DNA of 64,000 nt from a bacterium (GTDB taxonomy: Bacteria; UBA8248), in NCBI GenBank assembly GCA_965219955.1, contig OZ244799.1, forward strand, positions 3,008,001-3,072,000, written 5' to 3'. The translations under genes were made by a program, and so were the position numbers. The notes below the pieces were generated by a model. That model did not search any database. It saw only the letters and a list, made by a program, of their open reading frames with translations, and was not told where the DNA came from. Shown here piece after piece: positions 1 to 9,581 of the stretch. Position 1 is the first letter of the stretch. Every line of letters begins with the position of its first letter.

Positions 1-70
1 TTCAGGCGGACGTTGCCCTTGAGCAGCATCGCCAACCAACGAGAGAGAAGAAAACCACTCCCCCCTTGAG

Positions 71-462
71 GGGGCCGTTGAAAAGGCCCGTCTGCGACTC
101 CCCGCAAACCGCCAACACCTCTTTCCTCACCCTGAGTAGCCGCCGAAGAGCCTGTCCTGAGCTTGTCGAAGGGCGGCGTATCGAAGGGCGCGGAGAGTCG
201 AACGCCTCGCGCCGGGTGAGGGCAAACACTCATTCATCAATCGCGTTTGACCTTCGATACGGCGCTTTCGCGCCTACTCAGGATGAGGAGTGTCGGGGAA
301 CGGCGGAGCCTGTCCCGAGCGAAGTCGAGGGGCCGCTACTCAGGATGAGGCGGAAGGGGGTTTTTCAACAGCCCCGACAAGGGGGGTAGGGGGGGTTGCT
401 TTTATGGGGTCTCGCTTTCAAGGGGGTTGCCATTACCCTCTCACGGGGTTTTTCGATAAATC
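71..462. repeat. Composite non-coding element: IS1182-like ends enclosing REP-like palindromes
   Basis: Left end GGGGCCGTTGAAAAGG at 71, right end TTTTTCAACAGCCCC ending at 375, and a degenerate second right end near 445-462. Internal CTCATCCTGAGTAG/CGTATCGAAGG and TGTCCTGAGCTTGTCGAAGG palindromic modules. 376-462 is a near-identical inverted copy of ~26316-26405. Confidence 0.8.
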
Positions 463-595
463 GACGACAAATTCTGGCAGGAAAATGCGGGGAATTGCGG
501 GGGCGAAATGCGCGCGAACCCCTTGCGGGCGCACGGAGAAACACCCGCCGGCCCAGCCGGACAGAACTTGCAAATACCTGGGAATAAAGGAGTTG

Positions 596-856
596 CTAGA
601 GGGCGCGCTCGCGCTTTTTGATGTCGGCCATCACCCTGGAGATGCCGCGCTTGGCGATGATCTTGAGGCCCTTCGCCGATACGCGCAGCTTCACCCAGCG
701 CTTCTCCTCAGGCAGGTAGAAGCGCTTGAAGTGCAAGTTCGCCTCGAAGCGCCGCCTCGTCTTCTTGTGCGAATGCGAGACGTTGTTGCCGTACATCACG
801 CTCTTGCCGGTGACGGCGCACCGCTTGCGCGCCACGGTGTTCTTGTGGGTTTTCAT
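596..856 (-). CDS. rpmB: 50S ribosomal protein L28
   Basis: RCAVTGKSVMYGNNVSHSHKKTRRRFEANL...VKLRVSAKGLK is the L28 signature. Start is ATG 856 (abuts the rpmG stop) or GTG 835. Confidence 0.95.
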   Translation of the reverse strand: MKTHKNTVARKRCAVTGKSVMYGNNVSHSHKKTRRRFEANLHFKRFYLPEEKRWVKLRVSAKGLKIIAKRGISRVMADIKKRERAL

Positions 857-1006
857 CTATTTGGTCTCCCGAAACGGCTGGTGGCTTCGGCAGAATTTAC
901 AGTACTTCTTGAATTCGAGCCGATCCGGCGTATTGCGCTTGTTCTTGGTGCTGGTGTAGCGCATCTTCTTGCAAGTCGTGCATTCGAGTTGAATGTTCTC
1001 GCGCAT
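857..1006 (-). CDS. rpmG: 50S ribosomal protein L33 (Zn-ribbon type)
   Basis: Absent from the ORF track; translated by hand as [49 protein letters not shown], with two CxxC motifs and a GAGG upstream. Confidence 0.95.
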   Translation of the reverse strand: MRENIQLECTTCKKMRYTSTKNKRNTPDRLEFKKYCKFCRSHQPFRETK

Positions 1007-1240
1007 CTCGAAACCTCATGTAAAATCGACGCCTCAGCAGGCGCCCAGCCACCTGTGGCCGGAAATGAAGCGAAACCATAGCCAAGCCCGGGAAAAAAGG
1101 CAAGCGCCGCGAGAGGTATTTTGTTCGTCTCTTATGCGCTAGAATCGCGTGTTCAAAATCACCGGGAAGCGGATGAAGCGCAATGTGTTTTTCGAGGCCC
1201 GCGCGCATCCGAATACTCCAACGTCGAAGGAGAGAGCACA

Positions 1241-2122
1241 GTGCCTAAAATCGTCGCATACCTGGGGCTCGGCACCATGGGCGGAGCCATGACCAACAAT
1301 CTTCTCAAAGCCGGATTCGTGGTTCACGGATACGACCCGTCGCCGGAGGCCCGCGCCCGGGCGGAGGAGGCGGGAGCGAAAACCTTCGACTCCCCGGCGG
1401 AAGCCGCCTCGGAGGCGGAGGTCATCTGCTCATCCGTGCCCGAAACCAGGGACGTCCACGAGACCTATCTCGGCGAAAAAGGCGCGCTCCTGACCTCGAA
1501 GGAGGGCGTCGTCTGTTTTGATTTCTCCACCATCGCCCCCAGCGGCAGCCAGGACATTGCGCAGCAAGCAGCGGAGAAGGGCGCGATTTTCCTCGATACG
1601 CCCGTGAGCGGCAGCGAGCCCAGCGCCATCAGTGCGGAACTCAACGTGATGGTGGGCGGCGACGAAGCGGCGATGAACGCACACCGCGACGTTCTCGAGG
1701 CGGTGTCGGAGTCCATCAACCATTTCGGGCCGAACGGCGCGGGCCTGCACATGAAGCTCGTGGCCAACCAGATCGTCTCGGTGTTCCTCTCGGTCGTGTC
1801 CGAGGGACTCACCCTGGGCGAACGCTCGGGCCTCGACCCCGTCGAGATGATGGATTATCTGAAAAACGCCTCGATTCCGAAGATTCTGGCCATCAAGGGC
1901 TCGCCCCTGGCGAGCCGGGACTACACGCCGTATTTCAGAATCGACCTGATGCGCAAGGACCTGCGCCTCATCTCCGAGATGGCCGAGGCCGCGACAACGC
2001 CGACGCCCTTCGCAGCACTGGCGAGGCAGGTCTTCATCGCCACCTCCGCCATGGGCTTCGGCGATGTGGACCAAAACGCCGTGCGCGAGTTCTTCGATAA
2101 AACCGCCGGTCTCAGCACCTGA
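1241..2122 (+). CDS. NAD(P)-dependent oxidoreductase, 3-hydroxyisobutyrate dehydrogenase/6PGD family
   Basis: YLGLGTMG Rossmann motif, FLDTPVSG and MKLVANQ catalytic Lys. GTG start after the GAAGGAG RBS. Confidence 0.85.
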   Translation: MPKIVAYLGLGTMGGAMTNNLLKAGFVVHGYDPSPEARARAEEAGAKTFDSPAEAASEAEVICSSVPETRDVHETYLGEKGALLTSKEGVVCFDFSTIAPSGSQDIAQQAAEKGAIFLDTPVSGSEPSAISAELNVMVGGDEAAMNAHRDVLEAVSESINHFGPNGAGLHMKLVANQIVSVFLSVVSEGLTLGERSGLDPVEMMDYLKNASIPKILAIKGSPLASRDYTPYFRIDLMRKDLRLISEMAEAATTPTPFAALARQVFIATSAMGFGDVDQNAVREFFDKTAGLST

Positions 2123-2186
2123 TACAACGCGCCTGAAAGGGTTGTTGAAAAAACCCTGAAGAAAAATGAATCACTCCCCCCTTGAG

Positions 2187-3702
2187 GGGGCTGTTGAAAA
2201 ACCCCGTTTTGAAGCGGGCGGTATGGCGTCTCACGCGGCTTGGGAGATCAAGCCCAATCGGCGCGTGAGGCCGCGGGGAACGCGCATTCGGCGACTCGAG
2301 GCGGCGCAGGCCCGCCACAGGGCGAATATTCGCGCAGCAACAGCGGCGGCGAGCCGCTTGAGGTTCACCGCAGTCGCCGTCAGGTAGGCCTGGATCTTCA
2401 TGTTCTCCATACCCCGGCGCACCGCCCGCGCCAGTCCGTGCCAACTCTTCGCCTCCCCGTGGTAGCCCTCCGAGCGCCCCATGTGGCGGCGCCACAGCCG
2501 ACCCTCCTCCTCCCCCCGGCGCGCGTGGCGACGGCGCCCGCGCAACAGCGCCGGATACTCGTGCGGAATCAGCACCGTCCTGCTCGTGCGGGACTTCGAC
2601 AGACAATCGGCCCTAAGCGCGCAGCCCGCGCAATCGCGCGTCCTCGAACCATAGTAGCGCCCCCGCTCCGTCTCCTTCCGGGGACGCAGCGTCTTGCCCC
2701 CCGGACACTTCACCACCTTGTGACGCTCGTCGTAGCGGAACAACTGCAGCGGCACCCGGCTCTGGGAAGGCTCCTTCTTCGCCGGTATCACCGCGGCGAC
2801 CCCCCGACGCTCCAATGCGCCGTACACCTTCGAGTACGCATAGCCACTATCCGCCGTCACCACCGCGGGCGCGCGCCCCGTCAGTTCGCGAACCGCATCC
2901 AACTGCGGCTCCATCATCTCCCGCTCGTTCAAAGTCCCCGCCGTCACCTCTACGTCGAGAACCACCCCCCGCTCATCGTCCACCACCGCGTGGTGCTTGT
3001 AGCTCGGCTCGAAACCCGCCCGAGCGCTCTTGCGCGCAAGACGCGCGTCGGGGTCCGTTCGGCTCACAGGCCCCGAACCCCCGCCGCCGCCCTTCTTCCC
3101 CGTCTCATCCTCCGAATCGTTCTCCCGCACCACCTTCTCCGCGTGGCGCTCCGCCAGACTCTCCCAGCTCACGTCCGCCCGGATCAACGAAGCGTCCATG
3201 TGAACCACCTCTCCCGTCGCCACCTTCGCCTCCACGCAAGCCTGAACCGTGCGGCGCAATATCTCCTTGAACCGCTCCTCCCCCCAGCGCTGACGGATAC
3301 GCGTCAGGCTCGAATGGTCCGGCAACTCCTCGTCCAGCCTGTACCCGATGAACCACCGGATCGCCAGGTGCGCCTGCGCCTCGCGCAACAGACGCCGGTC
3401 GTGGGCGTAGCCCAGCAGCAGGCCCGCCAGCATCAACCGAACCACCACCTCGGGGTCCAGGCCCGGACGGCCATTGTCCGCGCAATAGCACGCCGCCACC
3501 TCCTCGCGAAGCCAGCTCAAATCCAGGACGCGGTCCACCTGCCGCAATATGTGATCTTCAGGAATCAACTTTTCCAGCGGGCCGGCCACGAACAAGTCCA
3601 TCTGCTCGCGCCTCTTGCGGTCCAGCATCGAGGGAACTCCCATCTCGGGCGAGTCGGGACAACTCCATACGATCACAAAACCAGGGCTTTTTCAACAGGC
3701 CC
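2187..3702 (-). mobile_element. IS1182-family insertion sequence
   Basis: Terminal inverted repeats GGGGCTGTTGAAAAACCCC and (reverse complement) GGGCCTGTTGAAAAAGCCC. Direct repeat TTGAG at 2182-2186 and 3703-3707. Contains an intact transposase. Confidence 0.9.
2231..3628 (-). CDS. IS1182-family DDE transposase
   Basis: LIPEDHILR, GRPGLDP, PDHSSLTRIRQRWG, MDASLIRA, TDPDAR, ADSGY and a Cys-rich insert (CAGCALRADC). The ORF extends to 3676; MLDRK start preferred. Confidence 0.9.
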   Translation of the reverse strand: MLDRKRREQMDLFVAGPLEKLIPEDHILRQVDRVLDLSWLREEVAACYCADNGRPGLDPEVVVRLMLAGLLLGYAHDRRLLREAQAHLAIRWFIGYRLDEELPDHSSLTRIRQRWGEERFKEILRRTVQACVEAKVATGEVVHMDASLIRADVSWESLAERHAEKVVRENDSEDETGKKGGGGGSGPVSRTDPDARLARKSARAGFEPSYKHHAVVDDERGVVLDVEVTAGTLNEREMMEPQLDAVRELTGRAPAVVTADSGYAYSKVYGALERRGVAAVIPAKKEPSQSRVPLQLFRYDERHKVVKCPGGKTLRPRKETERGRYYGSRTRDCAGCALRADCLSKSRTSRTVLIPHEYPALLRGRRRHARRGEEEGRLWRRHMGRSEGYHGEAKSWHGLARAVRRGMENMKIQAYLTATAVNLKRLAAAVAARIFALWRACAASSRRMRVPRGLTRRLGLISQAA

Positions 3703-4136
3703 TTGAGGGGGTTGTAGATAAACCCCTCGTCGGGGGACATTGCCTTTAGCGGGAAGGCCGATTTCGCGTGAAGCCGCGACCTACCCCTACAAAACCAACC
3801 CCCCCTACTCCCCCTTGTCGGGGCTGTTGAAAAAGTCCCTCGATGCGGGAACACCACCGTCATTCCGGCCTTGAGCCGGAATCCATTTTTATGATTTTTG
3901 CTTTCGTTTTCGCATTTGATTCCGATTCGCGGGAGAGAGCGTTGCGCCCGAATGCGGAACGGACGAGGCGGACATATACGGCGGCGTCCGTATTTTCCCC
4001 GGCCGGAAGTGAGGATGTCCGGGGGAAAGGCCAAAGACAAAGGCGAAAATGGATTCCGGCTCAAGGCCGGAATGACGAGCAAAGGCGAAGGTCAATCCCG
4101 AGCGAAGCAAGGCTTTTTCAACAACCCCCTGAAGCC

Positions 4137-5126
4137 TCAAGTCGCTCTCTTGAAAAACCCCTCGACGGGCAGTGGCGCGCCCACGCCCTGCGCCTTGGCG
4201 CGCCGGTAGAGTTCCGCGCCCAGGGCCACGTCCTCTATCGCGACGCCCTGGCTCAGGAACAGGTTGATCTCCTCATCGGACGCGCGTCCCGGCATAACGC
4301 CCGTCGCGATCAACCCGACCTCGGAGACCTGGCCCCACTGGATGACGTTCGCCCGTGTGGCGCCGACCAGATCGCCGCTCTCGAATTCGGCGCCTTCCAG
4401 GTTATCCGTTACGATTCTCCCCGCCGCCGCCCGGCGGAAAGTCTCGTCGTCCACCTCGCGGTTCGTGATGCGGTTCGAACCCGCGGCGATGACGGTCGTG
4501 CCCGGCTCCAGGTCGTTACCGTCAAAAACCGGTTCGCGCGCCGTGGTGATGGTGCACACGATCTGCGAACCCTTCACCGCCTCGGTCGCCGATTCCACCG
4601 GCACGAGTTCCGGGTTCACCCTGTCCTGCATCGCGCTGACGAATTTTTCTCTTTTCTCGGGGCGGCGGCTGTGGACCTTCACGGTTTTGAGGTCACGCGC
4701 GCAGCACAGCGCTTCGAGTTGGGACCTCGCCTGCCAGCCCGTGCCGATCAGCCCGGCCACCGAAGCGTCCTCTCTCGCCATGTATTTCGCGGCGACGCCG
4801 CTCGCCGCCCCGGTGCGCATCTGGCCCTGCACGTTGGCCTCCATGAGCGAGAGCATCTCGGAGGTGTTCGCGTCCCACAGCAGGAAGATGAAACGCACGC
4901 CGATGCCCGGAAACGTGGTGTATGCCTTGAGGCCCAGATAGCCCTCGTTTTCATCCACCATGCCGCCGAACATGACGTGCATCGTGCCCTTGGGGAGAAA
5001 AACCCGACGCCTCGGCTGATTCGGCGCGCGCCCCTCCCCCTGGGCCCTGAAGCATTTCTCCACCACGTCCATGACATCGGACATGTTCACCAGACTCTTG
5101 ACGTCGGACTCACTCAAATAAAGCAA
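4137..5126 (-). CDS. Ornithine cyclodeaminase/mu-crystallin family protein
   Basis: MRTGAASGVAAKY, LIGTGWQARSQL and FLSQGVAIEDVA motifs. Confidence 0.88.
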   Translation of the reverse strand: MLYLSESDVKSLVNMSDVMDVVEKCFRAQGEGRAPNQPRRRVFLPKGTMHVMFGGMVDENEGYLGLKAYTTFPGIGVRFIFLLWDANTSEMLSLMEANVQGQMRTGAASGVAAKYMAREDASVAGLIGTGWQARSQLEALCCARDLKTVKVHSRRPEKREKFVSAMQDRVNPELVPVESATEAVKGSQIVCTITTAREPVFDGNDLEPGTTVIAAGSNRITNREVDDETFRRAAAGRIVTDNLEGAEFESGDLVGATRANVIQWGQVSEVGLIATGVMPGRASDEEINLFLSQGVAIEDVALGAELYRRAKAQGVGAPLPVEGFFKRAT

Positions 5127-5173
5127 CGATCCTCTCTCCTCTTTGATTCAGGATTTCCAGAAACCAGGACATT

Positions 5174-6415
5174 TCAAGTCAAAGCAACGCTCGAAAAAGT
5201 GACCGTACCGTTCGGGTCCGGCCATTGCGAATAGCGGAGCACTTCTCCCTCGCAGTCATCCAGAACACGCAGCATGGTGTAGACGGGCGCCAGGCCGCAC
5301 ACGTTTCTGGCATCCCCATCCTCCGCCACGCTCCAGTAGAACGCCTCCGCATCCCCGCGGCACACCGCCTCCAGGGATTTCCCGTCCGCACTCGCGAGTT
5401 CTTCCAACCGCACGTCATCCACGGGATTTTCATCGCCGAACTGGGGACCGACGTGGGCGAAATCCACGCTCGCAATCAGGCAGACCTTTCCCCCGTTCCG
5501 CCGGTGCGCATCTATCGTCTCTCGCAGCCCGGCGATGAAAGCCTCCACCTGCGCATCTCCACGGGGAGATTCCCCCCGGGCAACGAAGGGGTGGAACGAG
5601 CCCACCAGGACGGGGACGAACCGGACCGGCCGAACGCCCGCAAAGAGATACTGGAGAAAAACCGCCTGAAACTCGATGGAGTGCTCGCCGCGATGCGCGA
5701 ATTCATCCTCAAAGGAATTCACCTCCAGCCTGTGCGACAACTCCTCCACGAATCCTGTATCCGCCTCCAAAACCCCGAGCGGCGTCTCGAAAGATTTGTC
5801 CGTGAGAGTATAGATGTACTTCGTCGGGGCATGGACCGTTCCCATGACGACGAACAGATCGGCGTCGGCACGCTCTGCGATGGACTTGTACGCCCATGCG
5901 AAGGTGGCGCCTCCGCGATGAAAATCGATGTGCGGCGCAACCACGCCCTGAAGCGGCCTGGCCGGAGCGGCGGAATTCTTCGCGGGCATCCCCGGGCCGT
6001 CAGCCCCGGTGAAAAAATCATCGATGTGGGAGCGCAGGCGCGCCGGGTCCGCATCGTAGCTTTTGCCCGCCAGAAAATTCGGCCGCACCGGATCGCTCAA
6101 GTAGGCGTCCCTGAGCGATGCGCTCCAGGAGGCGAAGCCGTCTCCTTCGAGGAAATGCGCCTCCTCGAGACTCGATACCATCGCCCGGTAGCTTTCTTCC
6201 GTGACATCCATCCCGTGGCGGGATTTGCACTGCGCCTTGATGTCTTCAAACGTGTGGCGCCCGTCGAGCAGGCTCAGCACGGGAACCAGCGCCATGGGAG
6301 CGAACAAAACCGCCTCGCTGAGACGAAGCGGATCGCTAAGCCTCAGCATCTTCCGGCCCTGATGCTCCGCAGGAATGGCCTCGACGGGCCTCAGCTTCAA
6401 TCGTTTCGACGTCAT
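5174..6415 (-). CDS. MEMO1-family protein (AmmeMemoRadiSam protein B-like) with N-terminal extension
   Basis: APHIDF, EHSIEFQ, IASVDFAHVG and NVCGLAP motifs. Start is 6415 ATG or 6421 TTG. Confidence 0.88.
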   Translation of the reverse strand: MTSKRLKLRPVEAIPAEHQGRKMLRLSDPLRLSEAVLFAPMALVPVLSLLDGRHTFEDIKAQCKSRHGMDVTEESYRAMVSSLEEAHFLEGDGFASWSASLRDAYLSDPVRPNFLAGKSYDADPARLRSHIDDFFTGADGPGMPAKNSAAPARPLQGVVAPHIDFHRGGATFAWAYKSIAERADADLFVVMGTVHAPTKYIYTLTDKSFETPLGVLEADTGFVEELSHRLEVNSFEDEFAHRGEHSIEFQAVFLQYLFAGVRPVRFVPVLVGSFHPFVARGESPRGDAQVEAFIAGLRETIDAHRRNGGKVCLIASVDFAHVGPQFGDENPVDDVRLEELASADGKSLEAVCRGDAEAFYWSVAEDGDARNVCGLAPVYTMLRVLDDCEGEVLRYSQWPDPNGTVTFSSVALT

Positions 6416-6427
6416 ATCCAAAACGCT

Positions 6428-7636
6428 CTATCCCCCGCCTTGATCGGCGCGTCGCCCGAAAAACGGAGCGCAAGAAATCCCGATGATCGACACGACCACC
6501 AGCGTATAGAATCCCGGACCGAACGACCCGGCCCAGTCCCGTATCGCGCCAATTGCCCAGGGCCCGGCGAAGCCTCCCAGATAGCCTACGCCGATGATCA
6601 GCCCGCCCGCCCGGCCCACCTGGCTTTTCTCCACGTATTGCGCGGGATAGGCCAGGCAGAACAAAAACCAGCAATTCGTGGTCAGGCCCAGAACGGCTGT
6701 CCCCATCGCCGCGACCCAAGCGCCTCCCGCCGGCATCACGGCGAGCGCCGCTGCCGTGAACAACCCGCATAAAACCATCATCACTCGCTCGCCGCCTGCG
6801 GCCAGCGCCATTTTGTGCGCTGTCAGGGAAGCAAAAATCCCGAGCAAAGGCAAACTCGAAACGATGAGCGCGGCGCTCGCCTGCGTCCAGCCTTTCGTCA
6901 TCAAAATCGTGGCCAGCCAGCCCAGACTCGTATAAAATACGATGTTGTTGAAGAACAAGGAGGCGGCGACCCCCCATACGCCGGCCAGCCGGTACACCGC
7001 CCCGCTTTCGGCCGGGGCGGACTCTGATTCCAGGTCTACCGCAATCGATGCGGAATTTTTTCGCCAGACGATGAACGCCAGGACCAGAACAAGCGCCCAG
7101 CCCAGATAGCCGCCGCGCCAGACGCCCCCTCCCCACCCGGCGGGCAAAACCGCCGCCGCAGGCGCCATATAGTGCGAAGCCGCGACGCCCAAACCCGCGC
7201 CCGCGATGATGGAAGCCGTGTAAACGGCGGAGCCGAACGCGTTGCGCTCAGGGGGAACTATCGTCCCCACCACCTTCGGCATGACGGGAAACACCAGGCC
7301 CGTGCCCGCGCCCACGAGCGCGATTCCCGCAGCGAGCGACCAGAAATCGCCGCTCGAGAGGCGGACGGCGCCTCCCAGCAAGATGAGGAAAACGCCGCAA
7401 AGGACCATCTTCTTCACGCCCAGCCTGTCGACCAGCCGGCCCCCTGCGATCGCGAAAAACGCTATCAGCGGAAACGGCGCGGACAGCAGGAAACCGCCCG
7501 CGCCGAAGGACAATTCCAGATCATCGCGGATGAAGCCGATGAGTCCGCTCGTCGACACCAGCGAGCCGAAAACGGCGAAGATGATGAAACAGCCCGCCCC
7601 CAATACGGAGCGCCAACCCGGGTTTTCTCCGGTCAT
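6428..7636 (-). CDS. MFS transporter (CynX-like)
   Basis: About 12 hydrophobic segments and GRLVDRLG motif A. ATGA overlap with the upstream gene. Confidence 0.85.
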   Translation of the reverse strand: MTGENPGWRSVLGAGCFIIFAVFGSLVSTSGLIGFIRDDLELSFGAGGFLLSAPFPLIAFFAIAGGRLVDRLGVKKMVLCGVFLILLGGAVRLSSGDFWSLAAGIALVGAGTGLVFPVMPKVVGTIVPPERNAFGSAVYTASIIAGAGLGVAASHYMAPAAAVLPAGWGGGVWRGGYLGWALVLVLAFIVWRKNSASIAVDLESESAPAESGAVYRLAGVWGVAASLFFNNIVFYTSLGWLATILMTKGWTQASAALIVSSLPLLGIFASLTAHKMALAAGGERVMMVLCGLFTAAALAVMPAGGAWVAAMGTAVLGLTTNCWFLFCLAYPAQYVEKSQVGRAGGLIIGVGYLGGFAGPWAIGAIRDWAGSFGPGFYTLVVVSIIGISCAPFFGRRADQGGG

Positions 7637-8586
7637 TCCCCCAGCCCCAGCAAGCGCGCCGCGTTCCCCCCCAGCCACTTGTCCATGACGGCCGGCTTCA
7701 GGGGAAGACTCCGCGCTTCTTCGAGAATTTCGCGCAAGGATATCGGCAGAAGCGGCCAGTCGGTTCCGAACAGAATTTTATCCTGTATCGTGGAATTGCC
7801 GAAATGAAGGAGCATCTCCCAGCCCGAATGCGGCGTCGTGAAATACTTCCACCGGTGGCCCGAGGGGTCGATGTAGAGATTCGGGTGCCGCCAGGCGGCG
7901 GCGACCATCTCCGGCACCCAGGGCCAGCCGCCGTGGCCCGCGATGACCTTGAGGTCCGGCATCTCGCCGCACAGGCGATCGAGAGCCAGGGGCCTGCCGA
8001 GCTCCATGGGGTGAGCGGGCGCCCAGTTCACCGAGGTGTGGATCCATGCGGGAACGTCCAGCTCGACGCACTTTCGGTAGACGGGGCGGTACTCCGGCGC
8101 GTCGGCGGGCAGGCGGTGAAGGAAAGGAACGAGAAACGCCCCGTGCAGGCCGAGTTCGCGCACGCCTTTTTCCAGCGCGGCCGCCGCATCGTCCTTGTTG
8201 GGGTCGACGCCCTGAAACGCCAGAATCCGCTCCGGATACGCATCCACCGCATGGGCGAGAACACTCGGGTCGAGGGGCGTGACGCCGGTGGTGCTCTCCT
8301 GGTCGATGCTGAAGACGACCGCCTTGTCATAGCCTGCTGAATCCAGAAGGGCGATGAACTCATCAACGGGCCGCCCGAGCCTCGCCGATACCTCGTCGAT
8401 GAAGCCGTGGATTTCCGCTCGCGTCGTCCCCACCGCCCGGCGGCGAAACTCCGCTTCGGTCACGCCGCAAAAAGCGCTCAAGCCCTTGGCGAACATCTTC
8501 AGATAGCCGGGGATCGAGGCCCAGCCCGAAAGGCGGGCGCGGTAGCACTCCGCGACGGGCAGGAAGCTGCAGATATCGACGATCAA
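7633..8586 (-). CDS. Amidohydrolase family protein (Amidohydro_2)
   Basis: PAWIHTS, IAGHGGWPW, NLYIDPS, ILFGTDWP and GGNAARLL motifs. Confidence 0.85.
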   Translation of the reverse strand: MIVDICSFLPVAECYRARLSGWASIPGYLKMFAKGLSAFCGVTEAEFRRRAVGTTRAEIHGFIDEVSARLGRPVDEFIALLDSAGYDKAVVFSIDQESTTGVTPLDPSVLAHAVDAYPERILAFQGVDPNKDDAAAALEKGVRELGLHGAFLVPFLHRLPADAPEYRPVYRKCVELDVPAWIHTSVNWAPAHPMELGRPLALDRLCGEMPDLKVIAGHGGWPWVPEMVAAAWRHPNLYIDPSGHRWKYFTTPHSGWEMLLHFGNSTIQDKILFGTDWPLLPISLREILEEARSLPLKPAVMDKWLGGNAARLLGLGE

Positions 8587-9581
8587 CGCGACTGCCCCCG
8601 GGCCTGCCCGGCGGATGCGTCCGGCTGGAAAATGGAGAAATCATTCTGGTTCAAGGTCAATCGCGCCGAATTCACGGACACCGCCAGGATGAAAACGAGA
8701 CAGATGGCGAAAGAAGTGGTCATTCGGGCGTTCCCGCCCCGTCTGAGCGCGCGGAGCAGCAACTCGACCAGGGATACGGCGCATACGGCGCCGATGACGA
8801 GGAACGCAACGAAAGCCGAGCCGCCCGACGCCAGCATGCCGCCCAGGAAACCAGCCCCCCGGAATAAGAGCCAGGCTCCCGCCAATCCCGCCTGGATCAT
8901 CAGAAAGCACAAGGAGAACCTGGCGCCGAGACGAACCCACCGCGCGCCGCTCGATACCGAAGCGGAACTCTCCCACCTGAAAGCCTTCCCCCCCAGGAAC
9001 ATGAGGACGAGGCCCCCGGCCGAAAACGCCGAAAGATAGAAATGCGCCACGGGCCACCAGAAAGAGGAATACGCCCAGAAGCGCCGATCCCACCCCGCTT
9101 CCAAATCAAGCAGGTGTGGATTCATGCAAGAAAGCGCGAATACCCAGGCCACTCCGGCGCATAACGCCATCAGGACGCCCGCCGGAACCATCACCAGGTG
9201 GGCGAACCCGAATTTCAGGCCCCATGTCCAACTCCTCGAATGCGCGGAGGCGAGGACCCAGAAGACGAACAACATAAGCAACGAGGCGCCCAACGGGCGA
9301 ATCAACGCTGACACGGAGGTGAAAAAAACGGCCGGCTGCATCGTGGACGCCAGCAAGGAGAGCGCCGCCCCGATGACAAATACGGGAACGAGAGAAGCCA
9401 GGCACAGGCCCGAGAGGCTGCGTGCGAATTCCACGTCGTCGGCGTTGTTCTCCCGCCGGCCCCAGAACGCGAGATGCGCGGAAAACCACGGAAGCGAAAC
9501 ACTCACGCCCGCGCACAGCCACAAGACGGAACCCAGCAGAACAACGAGCCACTCGCTCGATTCGGGAGTCAATACGCTCAT
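8583..9581 (-). CDS. Polytopic membrane protein of unknown function
   Basis: Multiple hydrophobic helices; translationally coupled to both neighbours by 4-bp overlaps. Confidence 0.7.
   Translation of the reverse strand: MSVLTPESSEWLVVLLGSVLWLCAGVSVSLPWFSAHLAFWGRRENNADDVEFARSLSGLCLASLVPVFVIGAALSLLASTMQPAVFFTSVSALIRPLGASLLMLFVFWVLASAHSRSWTWGLKFGFAHLVMVPAGVLMALCAGVAWVFALSCMNPHLLDLEAGWDRRFWAYSSFWWPVAHFYLSAFSAGGLVLMFLGGKAFRWESSASVSSGARWVRLGARFSLCFLMIQAGLAGAWLLFRGAGFLGGMLASGGSAFVAFLVIGAVCAVSLVELLLRALRRGGNARMTTSFAICLVFILAVSVNSARLTLNQNDFSIFQPDASAGQARGQSR

Larger units (their letters stand above)
2138..4128. mobile_element. Outer non-autonomous element with IS1182-type ends; contains the autonomous IS and REP-like modules
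   Basis: Ends AGGGTTGTTGAAAAAACCC (2138) and GGCTTTTTCAACAACCCC (to 4128), flanked by the direct repeat CTGAA (2133-2137 and 4129-4133). Extra left-type ends at 3708 and 3820. Confidence 0.75.

Noticed and set aside
2-587. ORFs 2..229, 66..389, 290..1081 and 396..587
   Set aside because: They are translations of palindromic repeats or antisense to rpmB/rpmG, with no protein motifs.
3843-5234. Long antisense ORFs (e.g. 3843..5234, 2240..3706, 16685..19513, 43785..45518, 62518..63927)
   Set aside because: These are shadows of real genes on the opposite strand, as expected in high-GC DNA.
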